This document shows, one piece after another, positions 21,269-31,395 of a DNA stretch of 64,000 nucleotides. How positions within the stretch are numbered: position 1 is the first letter of the stretch; each line of letters begins with the position of its first letter. The translations under genes and the position numbers were made by a program. Origin of the DNA: Microbacteriaceae bacterium (GTDB taxonomy: Bacteria > Actinomycetota > Actinomycetes > Actinomycetales > Microbacteriaceae); contig SKHB01000010.1 in the NCBI GenBank assembly GCA_007117135.1, positions 21,762 to 85,761 on the forward strand. The letters run 5' to 3'. Under the pieces are notes generated by a model, which searched no databases, was not told the DNA's origin, and worked only from the letters and a program-made list of their open reading frames with translations.

Positions 21269-23125
21269 TTACTCGAGATAGTCGCGCAGCGCTTGCGAGC
21301 GTGACGGGTGGCGAAGCTTCGCCATCGTCTTCGACTCAATTTGGCGAATGCGCTCACGAGTCACCCCAAACGTGTCACCAATTTGGTCGAGGGTTTTCGG
21401 CATGCCATCGCCCAACCCAAAGCGCATTCGAATAACGCCCGCTTCGCGCTCAGAGAGCGATTCCAGCAGCGCTTCCAATTGACGCTGAAGCATCGTGAAA
21501 CCAACCGCATCAGCGGGGACAACTGCTTCGGTGTCCTCGATGAGGTCACCGAATTCACTATCACCGTCTTCACCCAGCGGGGTGTGAAGTGAGATGGGTT
21601 CGCGGCCATATTTTTGAACTTCGACAACCTTTTCCGGTGTCATGTCCAATTCTCTAGCCAACTCTTCCGGGGTGGGTTCGCGTCCGAGGTCTTGAAGCAT
21701 CTGTCGTTGGACTCGCGCGAGCTTGTTGATTACTTCCACCATGTGAACAGGAATTCGGATAGTTCTCGCCTGGTCGGCCATGGCGCGAGTGATCGCCTGC
21801 CTGATCCACCAGGTTGCATAGGTGGAGAACTTGAAGCCTTTGGTGTAGTCGAACTTCTCCACCGCGCGAATCAAACCCAGGTTTCCTTCCTGAATCAGGT
21901 CCAGGAATTGCATACCTCGGCCGGTGTATCGCTTCGCCAATGACACCACCAACCGAAGGTTTGCCCCCAAAAGGTGGTTCTTGGCCCGCTGGCCGTCTTT
22001 CGCAATTTCATGAAGTTCACGGGCAAGCTTTGTCGTTTTTTGGGCGGACGACAGGGTGGAGAGTTTCTCTTCGGCGAACAAACCGGCCTCAATTCGCCAC
22101 GCCAATTCCACTTCCTGTTCAGCGTTGAGCAGAGCGACTTTACCGATCTGCTTCAAATAATCCTTCACCGGGTCGGCCGTCGCTCCGGTGATGGTCGTGG
22201 AAATAACGGGAACGTCATCTTCGTCGGTGCTCTTGATCACAATGGCGCCAGCAGGAAGAACTTCTACTTCCGGCTCGGCGTCGTCATCGTCAGCCAATGC
22301 CTCCTGAAGTTCACCAGCCTGAGCCGCCTCAAGAACTTTTCGTCCAAGCTCCTCAGGGTCGACCTCGTCACCATCACTGTCGACTTCGGCGACATCGTCG
22401 CCATCAACCACATCGCCGTCATCAATGTTTTCCGAGTCACCCCCGGCAGCCGCAGCGGTTGCCTTCTTCTTCTGTGAGGCGCTCGTGGGAGCTTTCTTGT
22501 CCGCAGTGGCTTTCGTCGAGGCAGCTTTTGTCGCCGCTTTAGACGGGGTCTTCTTCGCTGGTGCAGTCTTCGCCGCTGCCTTCTTGGCGGGAGCCTTCGC
22601 AGCAGGCTTGCTGGCGGCCGCTTTCTTTACCGGAGCCTTGGCAGCAGGCTTGCTGGCAGTCTTCGCCGCTGCCTTCTTGGCGGGAGCCTTGGTCGCGGGG
22701 GCAGCGGCTTTCTTCGCCGGAGTCTTCGCAGCCGCCTTGGCGGTTGCGGCTTTCTTCGCCGGAGTCTTCGCAGCCGCCTTGGCGGTTGCTGCTTTCTTCA
22801 CCGGAGCCTTGGCAGCAGGCTTGCTCGCTGTCTTCGCCGCTGCCTTTGTGGCAGGAGCTTTGGCCGCCGGAGTTTTTGCAGCCGGTGCCTTCTTGGTGGG
22901 AGCCTTAGCAGCGGGCTTGGTCGTGGGTGTTTTCTTCTTGGCAGAAGTCACAGGTGCTGGTGTCACTTTCTTTGGTGAGGGTTTCTTCGCCGGTGGTGGG
23001 GGCGTCTCGGCGGAAGAGATTTTCTTCCTCCCCGAGACAAACCTCTTGGCTCGATTAGTCAATTGGCCAAATCGAGTTGTCCCCTTGCTCGAAGGGGTCT
23101 TCTTTGGGGGTGTCGCCACAGGCAC
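21269..23125 (-). CDS. sigA: Principal sigma factor SigA/RpoD (HrdB-like) with long Ala/Lys/Pro N-terminus
   Basis: [46 protein letters not shown] and [10 protein letters not shown] motifs. Exact start uncertain. Confidence 0.95.
   Translation of the reverse strand: MPVATPPKKTPSSKGTTRFGQLTNRAKRFVSGRKKISSAETPPPPAKKPSPKKVTPAPVTSAKKKTPTTKPAAKAPTKKAPAAKTPAAKAPATKAAAKTASKPAAKAPVKKAATAKAAAKTPAKKAATAKAAAKTPAKKAAAPATKAPAKKAAAKTASKPAAKAPVKKAAASKPAAKAPAKKAAAKTAPAKKTPSKAATKAASTKATADKKAPTSASQKKKATAAAAGGDSENIDDGDVVDGDDVAEVDSDGDEVDPEELGRKVLEAAQAGELQEALADDDDAEPEVEVLPAGAIVIKSTDEDDVPVISTTITGATADPVKDYLKQIGKVALLNAEQEVELAWRIEAGLFAEEKLSTLSSAQKTTKLARELHEIAKDGQRAKNHLLGANLRLVVSLAKRYTGRGMQFLDLIQEGNLGLIRAVEKFDYTKGFKFSTYATWWIRQAITRAMADQARTIRIPVHMVEVINKLARVQRQMLQDLGREPTPEELARELDMTPEKVVEVQKYGREPISLHTPLGEDGDSEFGDLIEDTEAVVPADAVGFTMLQRQLEALLESLSEREAGVIRMRFGLGDGMPKTLDQIGDTFGVTRERIRQIESKTMAKLRHPSRSQALRDYLE
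22704..22787. repeat. Perfect 2 x 42-bp tandem repeat in the sigA N-terminal region
   Basis: GCGGCTTTCTTCGCCGGAGTCTTCGCAGCCGCCTTGGCGGTT occurs twice. A separate 35-bp direct repeat lies at 22563-22597 and 22656-22690. Confidence 0.9.
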
Positions 23126-23216
23126 CTACTTCACATCGACGGGCAGTAGGAAGACCCTTGTCAAGTCCGCGCGCGAACCTGAAGGGTCTAAGCCCCCATT
23201 ATGGCACGTATTACAC

Positions 23217-24173
23217 CTACTCGCTGTTTGGCAACTCATCGGTCACATCGTCAGCGCCCCGACGGTCTGGTGAGGCCTCCTGGCGGTGAGACAGAAACTC
23301 TTGTAACTGTTCAGCAATCTCGTCAGCACTGGGAATTTCACCGGCAGCATCCATCAACGGCGACGCGAGCGGGTTGTCTTCCATATAAGAATCGTGGCGC
23401 TTCTCCAACGCCCCCACCAGTTTCGCTAACTCGTCGTTAGATTCCAACTGTTCGGTAATGCCCCCCAGGAACCCTCGTCCGAGTTCGCGAAGCGAATCGG
23501 TGGGAAAAATACGACCCGTGCTTGCGGTAATCGATTCCAACGCGGTGACAGCTGCCGAGGGGAACTCGGTGTCCGCCAAGTAGTGGGGAACAAGGATGAC
23601 GAAGCCACTCACCGGGTGGTTCTTGTGTGCAAGGGCGTACTCGACCGAATGCATGAGGGTCCCGGGAACTTTTGTTGTTGGCCGCCAGACCGACATCCGA
23701 TCGGTAATGTCTTGTCGGTTTCCACTCACCGTCACCCCCAACGTTCTGGTGTGTGGCACCGGCATGGGGATAGCGTGCACCCAGGTGGTTGAAGACACCT
23801 GGAAGTGGTCAACAAGATCGGAAATCGTTTTGGTGACGGCCTCCCATTTCAGGTCAGGCTCGTACCCGCTGAGAAACAAAAAAGGGTCTCCCAGTTCATC
23901 TCTCACCAGGCTGACCCCCAGCCGCGGAGGCTCATAAGAGGTCAGGTGGGTTTGGTCGAACTCAAAAATAGGTCGCCTCGCCCGATAATCCAACAGGGCG
24001 TCGTTATCGAACCGACCGACCTCATCTGCGGGAAGAGTTGTCAACACGTAGTCATTCATTTGACTAACGGCACTTCCCGCATCGGCAAACCCGGTCAACC
24101 CCGCGACGAGAGGCAACCCAGGGGGCACCTGGGGCGCGTTCTCCGCTGGGCGGAATAGCTCGTTGGCAAACAT
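23217..24173 (-). CDS. PAC2 (proteasome assembly chaperone-like) family protein
   Basis: GFADAG, LLDYRARRP, GYEPD..W, PMPVPHTR, VPHYL and SADEIA motifs. Confidence 0.88.
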   Translation of the reverse strand: MFANELFRPAENAPQVPPGLPLVAGLTGFADAGSAVSQMNDYVLTTLPADEVGRFDNDALLDYRARRPIFEFDQTHLTSYEPPRLGVSLVRDELGDPFLFLSGYEPDLKWEAVTKTISDLVDHFQVSSTTWVHAIPMPVPHTRTLGVTVSGNRQDITDRMSVWRPTTKVPGTLMHSVEYALAHKNHPVSGFVILVPHYLADTEFPSAAVTALESITASTGRIFPTDSLRELGRGFLGGITEQLESNDELAKLVGALEKRHDSYMEDNPLASPLMDAAGEIPSADEIAEQLQEFLSHRQEASPDRRGADDVTDELPNSE

Positions 24174-24253
24174 GTTCCCCCCATCGTACAAAACGGGTCT
24201 TGGCGTAAGCCGATTTCAGTGAGACACGCGGGCCGGCCAGCTAACATGGGCGG

Positions 24254-25771
24254 GTGAAGAACTGGACAGTGAGCGTTTCCGATTCCCCCGCATTCGAGTT
24301 GGAATGCGATGCCCTCATCCTCGGGGTGGTACCCACCGATGACGGTGTAGACCTCCACGAGGCCACCCTCAGCGCCGATCACCGCGAAGCTGTGGTTTCC
24401 TGGGCTCGCGCCCTCTCCCTGAAAGCAGGGGTCGACGACGCGAAGAAGCTTCCCGCGCCCGAAGGGTGCGGCGCGACAAGTATTGTCCTGGTGGGTTTGC
24501 CCAACACCACCCCCACCGCCGATGACATTCGATATGCCGCAGGTGTGGGGGCGAGAACTGCCGGTGATGCCCGCGTCATTGGGGTCGCACTCCCCTGCGG
24601 GGAGACCGCCCACACGCTGGCCGCCGTTGAAGGTGCACTACTTGGCGCCCACAAAACAACACAACCGGAGAAGGCGCACAGCGCAGACCAGATGCGGTCA
24701 CTCATTGTCCGAAGTGCGACCGGCACACCTGACATCGACCACGCTGTCATCTCCGCATCAGCCGTGGCGTGGGTGCGTGAACTGGTCACTGAGCCTCCCA
24801 ACATGTTGTACCCGGAAACATTTGCCGACCGGGTTGCCGACTTCTCTGACGGCGCCCCTCTCACCGTCGAGGTATTCGATGAGGACGCCCTCGAAGCAGG
24901 CGGTTTTGGTGGAATTCTTGGGGTGGGGCAAGGCTCCAACCGGCCGCCGCGCCTCGTAGCGATTCGGTACCAGCCCAACAATCCCACTGGTCACGTCGCG
25001 CTTGTGGGCAAAGGAATCACGTTTGACTCGGGGGGACTATCGCTAAAACCAGCGAACTCTATGGTCGGCATGAAGTACGACATGACGGGTGCTGCCACTG
25101 TCGCAGCTGCCGTCATCGCCGCTGCTCGCCTGGGCGCTCCCGTTCAGGTCACTGGGTGGTTGTGTTTAGCAGAGAACATGCCGTCTGGAGGGGCCATTCG
25201 ACCCAACGATGTCCTGACCATTCGAGGCGGAAAAACCGTCGAAGTGTTGAACACCGATGCTGAAGGCCGCCTGGTCATGGCTGATGGCCTTCAGCGAGCA
25301 AGCGAAGACACCCCCGACCTCATTATTGACGTCGCCACTCTCACTGGTGCTGCCCGCGTAGCGCTCGGCGAGCGCTACGCAGGTCTCATGGGTGACGACC
25401 TTGCCGTTCAGGTGGTGAGGTCAGCAGCAGAAGCCGCAGGAGAACTGGTCTGGCCGATGCCCCTGGCTGCTGAGCTTCGAACCCTGTTGGACAGTGATGT
25501 GGCAGACATTGCCAACGCTAAACCGGGCAACCCGCTTGGTGGAATGCTGCTTGCCGGCCTGTTCTTGAAAGAGTTTGTAGGGCTTCGGGACCCGGACGAT
25601 GACACCTCCGGGCCTATCCCCTGGGCGCACATCGACATGGCGGGTCCCGCCTCCAACTCATCGAGCGCTTTCGGGTACACCCCGAAGGGTGCAACGGGCG
25701 CGTTGACGAGGACACTGATTGGGGTGCTGTTCGCCGGTGACCGCCACGTCACCACACTGGCCCAGCAGTAG
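24254..25771 (+). CDS. pepA: Leucyl aminopeptidase (M17)
   Basis: GKGITFDSGG, MKYDM, NTDAEGRL, DVATLTGA and WAHIDMAG motifs. Confidence 0.95.
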   Translation: MKNWTVSVSDSPAFELECDALILGVVPTDDGVDLHEATLSADHREAVVSWARALSLKAGVDDAKKLPAPEGCGATSIVLVGLPNTTPTADDIRYAAGVGARTAGDARVIGVALPCGETAHTLAAVEGALLGAHKTTQPEKAHSADQMRSLIVRSATGTPDIDHAVISASAVAWVRELVTEPPNMLYPETFADRVADFSDGAPLTVEVFDEDALEAGGFGGILGVGQGSNRPPRLVAIRYQPNNPTGHVALVGKGITFDSGGLSLKPANSMVGMKYDMTGAATVAAAVIAAARLGAPVQVTGWLCLAENMPSGGAIRPNDVLTIRGGKTVEVLNTDAEGRLVMADGLQRASEDTPDLIIDVATLTGAARVALGERYAGLMGDDLAVQVVRSAAEAAGELVWPMPLAAELRTLLDSDVADIANAKPGNPLGGMLLAGLFLKEFVGLRDPDDDTSGPIPWAHIDMAGPASNSSSAFGYTPKGATGALTRTLIGVLFAGDRHVTTLAQQ

Positions 25772-25850
25772 TAGGCTAGGAAAGCAAAGCGGGCTTTCGC
25801 CGTGTGGCCGAGCCTGCGAAACACCACATCCAGCCGAGGAGTGCACTGTC

Positions 25851-27224
25851 GTGGCGGAACACACTTTTGACCTTGTCGTTTTGGGCGGTGGCAGCGGCGG
25901 TTACGCCGCAGCACTGCGAGCAAGCCAGTTGGGGATGACTGTTGGCCTCATTGAAAAAGACAAGGTGGGGGGAACATGCCTCCACGTCGGCTGTATTCCC
26001 ACGAAAGCTCTCCTGCACGCCGCAGAGGTGGCGGACGCTACCCGCGACGCTGGCCAATTTGGAGTGAAAGCGACCCTTGAAGGCATTGATCTTCCGGCAG
26101 TCAATAACTATCGAGACGCCATCGTCTCGAGCAAATATAAGGGCCTACAGGGCCTCATTAAAGCTCGGGGCATCACCACCATTGAAGGCCAGGGCACACT
26201 GATTTCCCCGACCACTGTTCAGGTCGGCGACGACACAGTGGTGGGAAAAAACGTGGTGTTGGCCACCGGTAGTTACCCCCGCACACTTCCTGGCCTGAAC
26301 ATTGGTGGCCGTATTTTGACCTCTGAGCAGGCGTTGCAGCTCGATTATGTGCCGAAGTCTGTTGTGGTGTTGGGTGGCGGGGTTATCGGTGTGGAGTTTG
26401 CCAGTGTGTGGCGGTCGTTTGGCTGCGAAGTCACCATCATTGAAGCGTTACCGCACCTGGTACCGATGGAAGACGAGTCAGTCTCGAAGCAGTTTGAGCG
26501 CGCCTACCGCAAACGCGGAATCAACTTCTCTGTGGGGGTTCGCTTCCAAGAAGCGGTCCAGACGGACTCGTCCGTCAAAGTGACACTGGAAAACGGGGAC
26601 ACCTTCGAGGCGGACCTGCTGCTCGTTGCCGTGGGGCGCGGTCCCCGAACCGACGGGATGGGTTTTGACCAGGTGGGCGTCACCATGGACCGCGGTTTTG
26701 TTCTCACCGACGAGCGGCTGCGCACCAACATTCCCGGTGTGTGGGCGGTCGGTGACATTGTCCCCGGTCTCCAACTAGCTCACCGCGGTTTCCAACACGG
26801 GATTTTTGTCGCTGAGGAGATCGCCGGCATGAACCCCATGGTTGTCAGTGACCAAAACATTCCCAAAGTCACCTACTCAGAACCGGAGGTGGCGTCGGTG
26901 GGTTTGAGCGAGAAAGCCGCCAGGGAGAAGTTCGGTGACGACAAGATTTCCGTTTACGACTACAACCTGGCCGGAAACGGGAAAAGCCACATTTTGGAAA
27001 CATCCGGGTCTATTAAAGTTATCCGCGAAGTGGATGGACCGATTCTCGGTGTTCACATGATTGGTGCTCGGGTGGGGGAACTCATCGGCGAAGCGCAAGT
27101 TGCTGTGAACTGGGATGCCCACCCTGAAGATGTGGCGCCACTGCTCCACGCCCACCCCACGCAAAACGAGGCTCTGGGCGAAGCCTTCCTCGCCATCGCA
27201 GGGAAACCCCTGCACGCGCTGTAA
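25851..27224 (+). CDS. lpdA: Dihydrolipoyl dehydrogenase (E3)
   Basis: GGGSGG, GGTCLHVGCIPTK and HPTQNE motifs. GTG at 25851 follows GAGGAG. Confidence 0.96.
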   Translation: MAEHTFDLVVLGGGSGGYAAALRASQLGMTVGLIEKDKVGGTCLHVGCIPTKALLHAAEVADATRDAGQFGVKATLEGIDLPAVNNYRDAIVSSKYKGLQGLIKARGITTIEGQGTLISPTTVQVGDDTVVGKNVVLATGSYPRTLPGLNIGGRILTSEQALQLDYVPKSVVVLGGGVIGVEFASVWRSFGCEVTIIEALPHLVPMEDESVSKQFERAYRKRGINFSVGVRFQEAVQTDSSVKVTLENGDTFEADLLLVAVGRGPRTDGMGFDQVGVTMDRGFVLTDERLRTNIPGVWAVGDIVPGLQLAHRGFQHGIFVAEEIAGMNPMVVSDQNIPKVTYSEPEVASVGLSEKAAREKFGDDKISVYDYNLAGNGKSHILETSGSIKVIREVDGPILGVHMIGARVGELIGEAQVAVNWDAHPEDVAPLLHAHPTQNEALGEAFLAIAGKPLHAL

Positions 27225-27254
27225 GACGTATCCCACAAAGGAGAAAGTAACAAT

Positions 27255-28640
27255 ATGAGTGACGTCACCCTCCCCGCTCTTGGCGAAAGTGTCACCGAAG
27301 GAACCGTCACCAGGTGGCTGAAAAACGTCGGTGATACGGTCGCCGTCGATGAACCACTGGTGGAGATCTCGACCGATAAAGTCGACACTGAGATTCCTTC
27401 CCCCGTGGCCGGCGTTCTGCAAGAGATTCTCGTCCAAGAAGATGAAACCGTTGAGGTTGGTGCCGTATTGGCACGAGTCGGCGATGGCGCCGCTGCTCCG
27501 GCCGCTGAACCTGCTGCCCCCGCTGCCGAACCTGCTGCCCCCGCTGCCGAACCGGTAGCTCCTCCAGCTCCGGAACCTGTCGCGACTCCCACTCCCCCGG
27601 CTCCTGCCCCCGAACCGGTCGCAACACCTGAGCCGGCTGCAACTCCTGAGCCGGCTGCGGCCCCCGCTCCCGCAAGTCCGACGCCCGCCCCTGCCGCTGC
27701 CCCTGCCGCTGCTCCTGCCGCCGCAGGAGGTTCAGACGCCCACTATGTGACCCCAATTGTTCGGAAGCTTGCCGCCGACATGGGTGTTGACCTCGCTCGC
27801 GTTACGGGAACCGGTGTGGGGGGACGCATTCGCAAAGAAGATGTCCTGCAGGCTGCTGCGACAGCGCCTGGGGCTGCAGTCCCTGCATCAGCTAGCCCAG
27901 CGCCCCCAGTTGTTGAAGTGTCTGCGCTTCGTGGAACAAGCCAGGCGATGACACGCCTTCGCAAGGTTGTTGCTGAGCGGGCCGTGGCGTCGATGCAGTC
28001 AACCGCTCAGCTCACCAGCGTGGTTGAAGTGGATGTCACCCACGTGGCTCTCTACCGGGACTCGGTGAAAGAAGAGTTCCACCGCTCAACGGGTGTCAAG
28101 CTGACCTTCTTGCCGTTTTTCGTCAAGGCGGCCGCAGAAGCATTGCGCAGTTACCCCATCATCAACTCCACGGTTGACGGCGAGAATATTGTCTACCCAG
28201 CTACGGAGAATGTTTCCATTGCGGTGGATACTGAACGCGGTCTTCTCACCCCAGTCCTCAAAGACGCCGGTGATAAGAACCTGGTTCAGATTGCAAAAGA
28301 CATTGCCGATTTGGCAGAGCGGACGCGCTCCAACCAGTTGAGCCCCGATGAGCTTTCCGGCGGCACCTTCACCGTCACCAATACCGGTTCACGTGGTGCT
28401 TTGTTTGACACGCCAGTGGTGTTCTTGCCACAGTCAGCCATTTTAGGAACCGGTGTGGTGGTGAAACGCCCCGTGGTGATCAGCCAAAACGGAGCCGACG
28501 CCATTGCCGTTCGACACATGGTCTACCTGGCCCTGTCTTACGACCACCGCATCATCGACGGCGCAGACGCGGCCCGGTTCCTCGGCCAGATCAAAAACCG
28601 CCTCGAACAGGCCGCCTTCTCCGGCGACCTCGGACTGTAA
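27255..28640 (+). CDS. dlaT: Dihydrolipoamide acyltransferase E2 (DlaT/SucB), single lipoyl domain
   Basis: Lipoyl motif STDKVD, a Pro/Ala linker, the E3-binding [12 protein letters not shown] and catalytic DHRIIDG. Confidence 0.93.
   Translation: MSDVTLPALGESVTEGTVTRWLKNVGDTVAVDEPLVEISTDKVDTEIPSPVAGVLQEILVQEDETVEVGAVLARVGDGAAAPAAEPAAPAAEPAAPAAEPVAPPAPEPVATPTPPAPAPEPVATPEPAATPEPAAAPAPASPTPAPAAAPAAAPAAAGGSDAHYVTPIVRKLAADMGVDLARVTGTGVGGRIRKEDVLQAAATAPGAAVPASASPAPPVVEVSALRGTSQAMTRLRKVVAERAVASMQSTAQLTSVVEVDVTHVALYRDSVKEEFHRSTGVKLTFLPFFVKAAAEALRSYPIINSTVDGENIVYPATENVSIAVDTERGLLTPVLKDAGDKNLVQIAKDIADLAERTRSNQLSPDELSGGTFTVTNTGSRGALFDTPVVFLPQSAILGTGVVVKRPVVISQNGADAIAVRHMVYLALSYDHRIIDGADAARFLGQIKNRLEQAAFSGDLGL
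27507..27553. repeat. 21-bp tandem repeat (EPAAPAA) in the E2 linker
   Basis: GAACCTGCTGCCCCCGCTGCC occurs twice, followed by a partial copy. Confidence 0.85.
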
Positions 28641-28661
28641 ATAATCTGGTAGGGGGAAGTT

Positions 28662-29360
28662 ATGGCAGCGGAACCAGAGAAGGAGCCCGGCAAGCTCAAG
28701 CAAATGTGGCGAGTATTACAAATGACTCGCCGGGGCGACAAGTGGATTGTCCCCATCCTCATTGTCAGCCTCCTCGGGCCTTTGGCCCTGGGTATTGTCC
28801 TGCCCTTCACCGTGTTACCCGGTGGCATTTTCACAAAGATCTTGTGGATCACTACCGGCCTTCTCGCCGGGTTGCTCCTCGCTCTGGTGATTTTGGGCAA
28901 TCGAGCTGAAAGTGTCGCCTACCGCCAAATAGCTGGACAGCCGGGCGCTGTCGGAGCGATCTTGCAGGGCTCACTGAGGCGGGCGTGGCAAACCAGCGAG
29001 TTTCCCGTCCAGGTGAACCCTCGCACCCAAGACGCGATCTACCGCGCGGTCGGAAAGTGTGGTGTCGTGTTGATTGCTGAAGGCCCAAAAACTCGGGTCA
29101 AAAAAATTCTCGAAGATGAAAAGAAGATGGTGGCGAGAGCAGTCCCACAGGTGACCATTCACGTTGTCCACGTCGGACCGGACGACGCCTCCACGCCGCT
29201 TCCAAAGTTGCGAAAGACGCTGTATAAGTTCAAGAAGGAACTCAATAAGGCGGAAGTGTTGGCTGTCTCTCACCGGCTGTCGTCGCTGAAAAAACCCGGT
29301 TCCATTCCCATGCCGAAAGGCATCGACCCATTCAAGGCGCGCGCACCGAAACCTCGCTAG
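28662..29360 (+). CDS. DUF4191 membrane protein
   Basis: Two TM helices, AY..I.GQPGA, G..GVVLIAEG and C-terminal PKGIDP. Confidence 0.88.
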   Translation: MAAEPEKEPGKLKQMWRVLQMTRRGDKWIVPILIVSLLGPLALGIVLPFTVLPGGIFTKILWITTGLLAGLLLALVILGNRAESVAYRQIAGQPGAVGAILQGSLRRAWQTSEFPVQVNPRTQDAIYRAVGKCGVVLIAEGPKTRVKKILEDEKKMVARAVPQVTIHVVHVGPDDASTPLPKLRKTLYKFKKELNKAEVLAVSHRLSSLKKPGSIPMPKGIDPFKARAPKPR

Positions 29361-29779
29361 CGGCTCACCATAATGGTGCCGACGATTCGGTCGTGCACAC
29401 CCCTCTGGTCCCGGTCCATCATGATCGCAGGAATCACCAGGATTATCAGCCACGGTCGAATCAGCGGGGCAATCATTCCCAAAGCACCACCCGTGATCGG
29501 AGCAATGCGCATCTTGGTGAGCAGGTGTCCCGGCGACCCACCGATGACGAGACCAAAAAGCATGTGCATGACAACGAAAATGAGGCCCGTCACAAAACCG
29601 TTGTGGTCGAGCCAGTCGAGGCCGTACCAGCCAACGGCAATAGCAATGGAGATGCCCATAGAGATGGCCCAGTCAATGCAAATTCCGCCGACCCGTCGCA
29701 GAAGTGACGGCACAGACCGGGGCCCATCCTCGGGTAATCCAAAAACCTTGCCCGGCCAATAGTTGTCGCTTTCACTCAC
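29357..29779 (-). CDS. RDD family protein
   Basis: GLPEDGPRS, RR....IDW and DRDQRGVHD motifs. Confidence 0.88.
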   Translation of the reverse strand: MSESDNYWPGKVFGLPEDGPRSVPSLLRRVGGICIDWAISMGISIAIAVGWYGLDWLDHNGFVTGLIFVVMHMLFGLVIGGSPGHLLTKMRIAPITGGALGMIAPLIRPWLIILVIPAIMMDRDQRGVHDRIVGTIMVSR

Positions 29780-29807
29780 CTGACACAGTGTAGTTCGGGT
29801 GTGGCGT

Positions 29808-29845
29808 GTAACATCCCGGAAACATTTCGGATACGCCGTCGTTAT
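29808..29845 (+). promoter_or_regulatory. GlnR box array upstream of glnA
   Basis: GTAAC-atcccg-GAAAC-atttcg-GATAC-gccgtc-GTTAT with an 11-bp period. Confidence 0.82.
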
Positions 29846-29908
29846 TGGCCGGTCGTAGTGTCGGGATAACGCATGAGCGTTTATTCACACCAATCACAGG
29901 AGCACACC

Positions 29909-31333
29909 ATGTTCAAGGATTCGTCCGAGGTTCTCGCCTTCATCAAGGACACCGATGTGAAGTTTGTTGACATTCGTTTCACCGACCTTCCCGGCGTCCA
30001 ACAGCACTTCAACCTTCCCGCCTCAGCAGTCGATGAAGAATTCTTCGCCATCGGGCAACTCTTTGACGGGTCGTCAATTCGCGGCTTCCAGTCCATCCAC
30101 GAATCAGACCTGCAGCTCATCCCCGACGTCACCAGCGCCTATGTTGACCCGTTTAGAACCGAGCGCACCCTGGTGATGGTGTTCGACATCTTCAACCCCC
30201 GCAACGGTGAGGTCTACGGTCGTGACCCGCGTCAGGTTGCGAAGAAGGCTGAAAAATACCTCGCCTCCACGGGGATCGCCGACACTGCATTCTTTGCTCC
30301 GGAAGCCGAGTTCTATATTTTCGACGACGTCCGCTACGAAGTGAAGCAAAACACCAGCTTCTACTCGGTCGACTCCATCGAAGGCGCCTGGAACACCGGG
30401 CGGGAAGAAGTAGGCGGAAACCTCGCCAACAAAACCCCCTTCAAGGGCGGATACTTCCCTGTTAGCCCGGTTGACAAGTTCGCCGACCTTCGGGACGACA
30501 TCGTGTTGAAGTTGGAAGAGGTGGGGTTGAAGGTAGAGCGCAGCCACCACGAGGTGGGGACGGCCGGTCAGGGAGAAATCAACTACCGCTTCGACACGAT
30601 GGTCCGCGCCGCCGACGACATCTTAAAGTTCAAATACATCGTCAAGAACACTGCAGACGACTGGGGCAAGGTCGCGACATTCATGCCCAAGCCGCTTTTC
30701 GCTGACAACGGGTCGGGCATGCACACCCACCAATCGCTGTGGAACGACGGCACACCGCTGTTCTACGACGAAGCCGGATACGCAGGGTTGAGCGACCTTG
30801 CCCGCTGGTACATCGGTGGCCTCCTGAAGCACGCCCCAGCTGTCCTCGCGTTCACCAACCCGACAATCAACTCCTACCGACGTTTAGTGAAAGGCTTCGA
30901 AGCTCCGGTCAACCTGGTGTACTCATCCGGTAACCGGTCGGCGGCGATTCGTATCCCCGTCACGGGAACCAACCCGAAGGCAAAGCGCATCGAGTTCCGC
31001 GCCCCCGACGCCTCCGGAAACCCCTACCTGGCCTTTGCGGCTCAGATGATGGCCGGTTTGGATGGAATCCAGAACAAGATTGAACCCCACGAACCGGTCG
31101 ACAAAGACCTCTATGAGTTGCCCCCCGAGGAAGCCAAAGGAATTCCTCAAGTCCCCGGTTCGCTGTCAGAATCCTTGGATGCTCTCGAAGCAGACCACGA
31201 ATTCCTCACCCGCGGTGGTGTCTTCACCGAAGACCTCATCCAGGCCTGGATCTCGTACAAGAGGGAAGCAGAACTGCTCGCCTACGCGCAGCGCCCGCAC
31301 CCCTTCGAATACGAACTGTACTTCTCTGTCTAA
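29909..31333 (+). CDS. glnA: Glutamine synthetase type I-beta
   Basis: [29 protein letters not shown] and the adenylylation site DKDLYEL. SD AGGAG. Confidence 0.97.
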   Translation: MFKDSSEVLAFIKDTDVKFVDIRFTDLPGVQQHFNLPASAVDEEFFAIGQLFDGSSIRGFQSIHESDLQLIPDVTSAYVDPFRTERTLVMVFDIFNPRNGEVYGRDPRQVAKKAEKYLASTGIADTAFFAPEAEFYIFDDVRYEVKQNTSFYSVDSIEGAWNTGREEVGGNLANKTPFKGGYFPVSPVDKFADLRDDIVLKLEEVGLKVERSHHEVGTAGQGEINYRFDTMVRAADDILKFKYIVKNTADDWGKVATFMPKPLFADNGSGMHTHQSLWNDGTPLFYDEAGYAGLSDLARWYIGGLLKHAPAVLAFTNPTINSYRRLVKGFEAPVNLVYSSGNRSAAIRIPVTGTNPKAKRIEFRAPDASGNPYLAFAAQMMAGLDGIQNKIEPHEPVDKDLYELPPEEAKGIPQVPGSLSESLDALEADHEFLTRGGVFTEDLIQAWISYKREAELLAYAQRPHPFEYELYFSV

Positions 31334-31351
31334 TCATCTACTGTGAGCGGT

Positions 31352-31384
31352 CTGTGGCCCCGGACTCCGGGGCCACAGGTTTTT
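31352..31384 (+). terminator. Intrinsic terminator after glnA (possibly bidirectional with glnE)
   Basis: 12-bp stem CTGTGGCCCCGG/CCGGGGCCACAG followed by GTTTTT. Confidence 0.85.
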
Positions 31385-31395
31385 CGTGGGCCCCT

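Noticed and set aside
22425-23273. 282-aa plus-strand Ala/Phe-rich ORF
   Set aside because: It is the antisense shadow of the repetitive sigA AKP tail.
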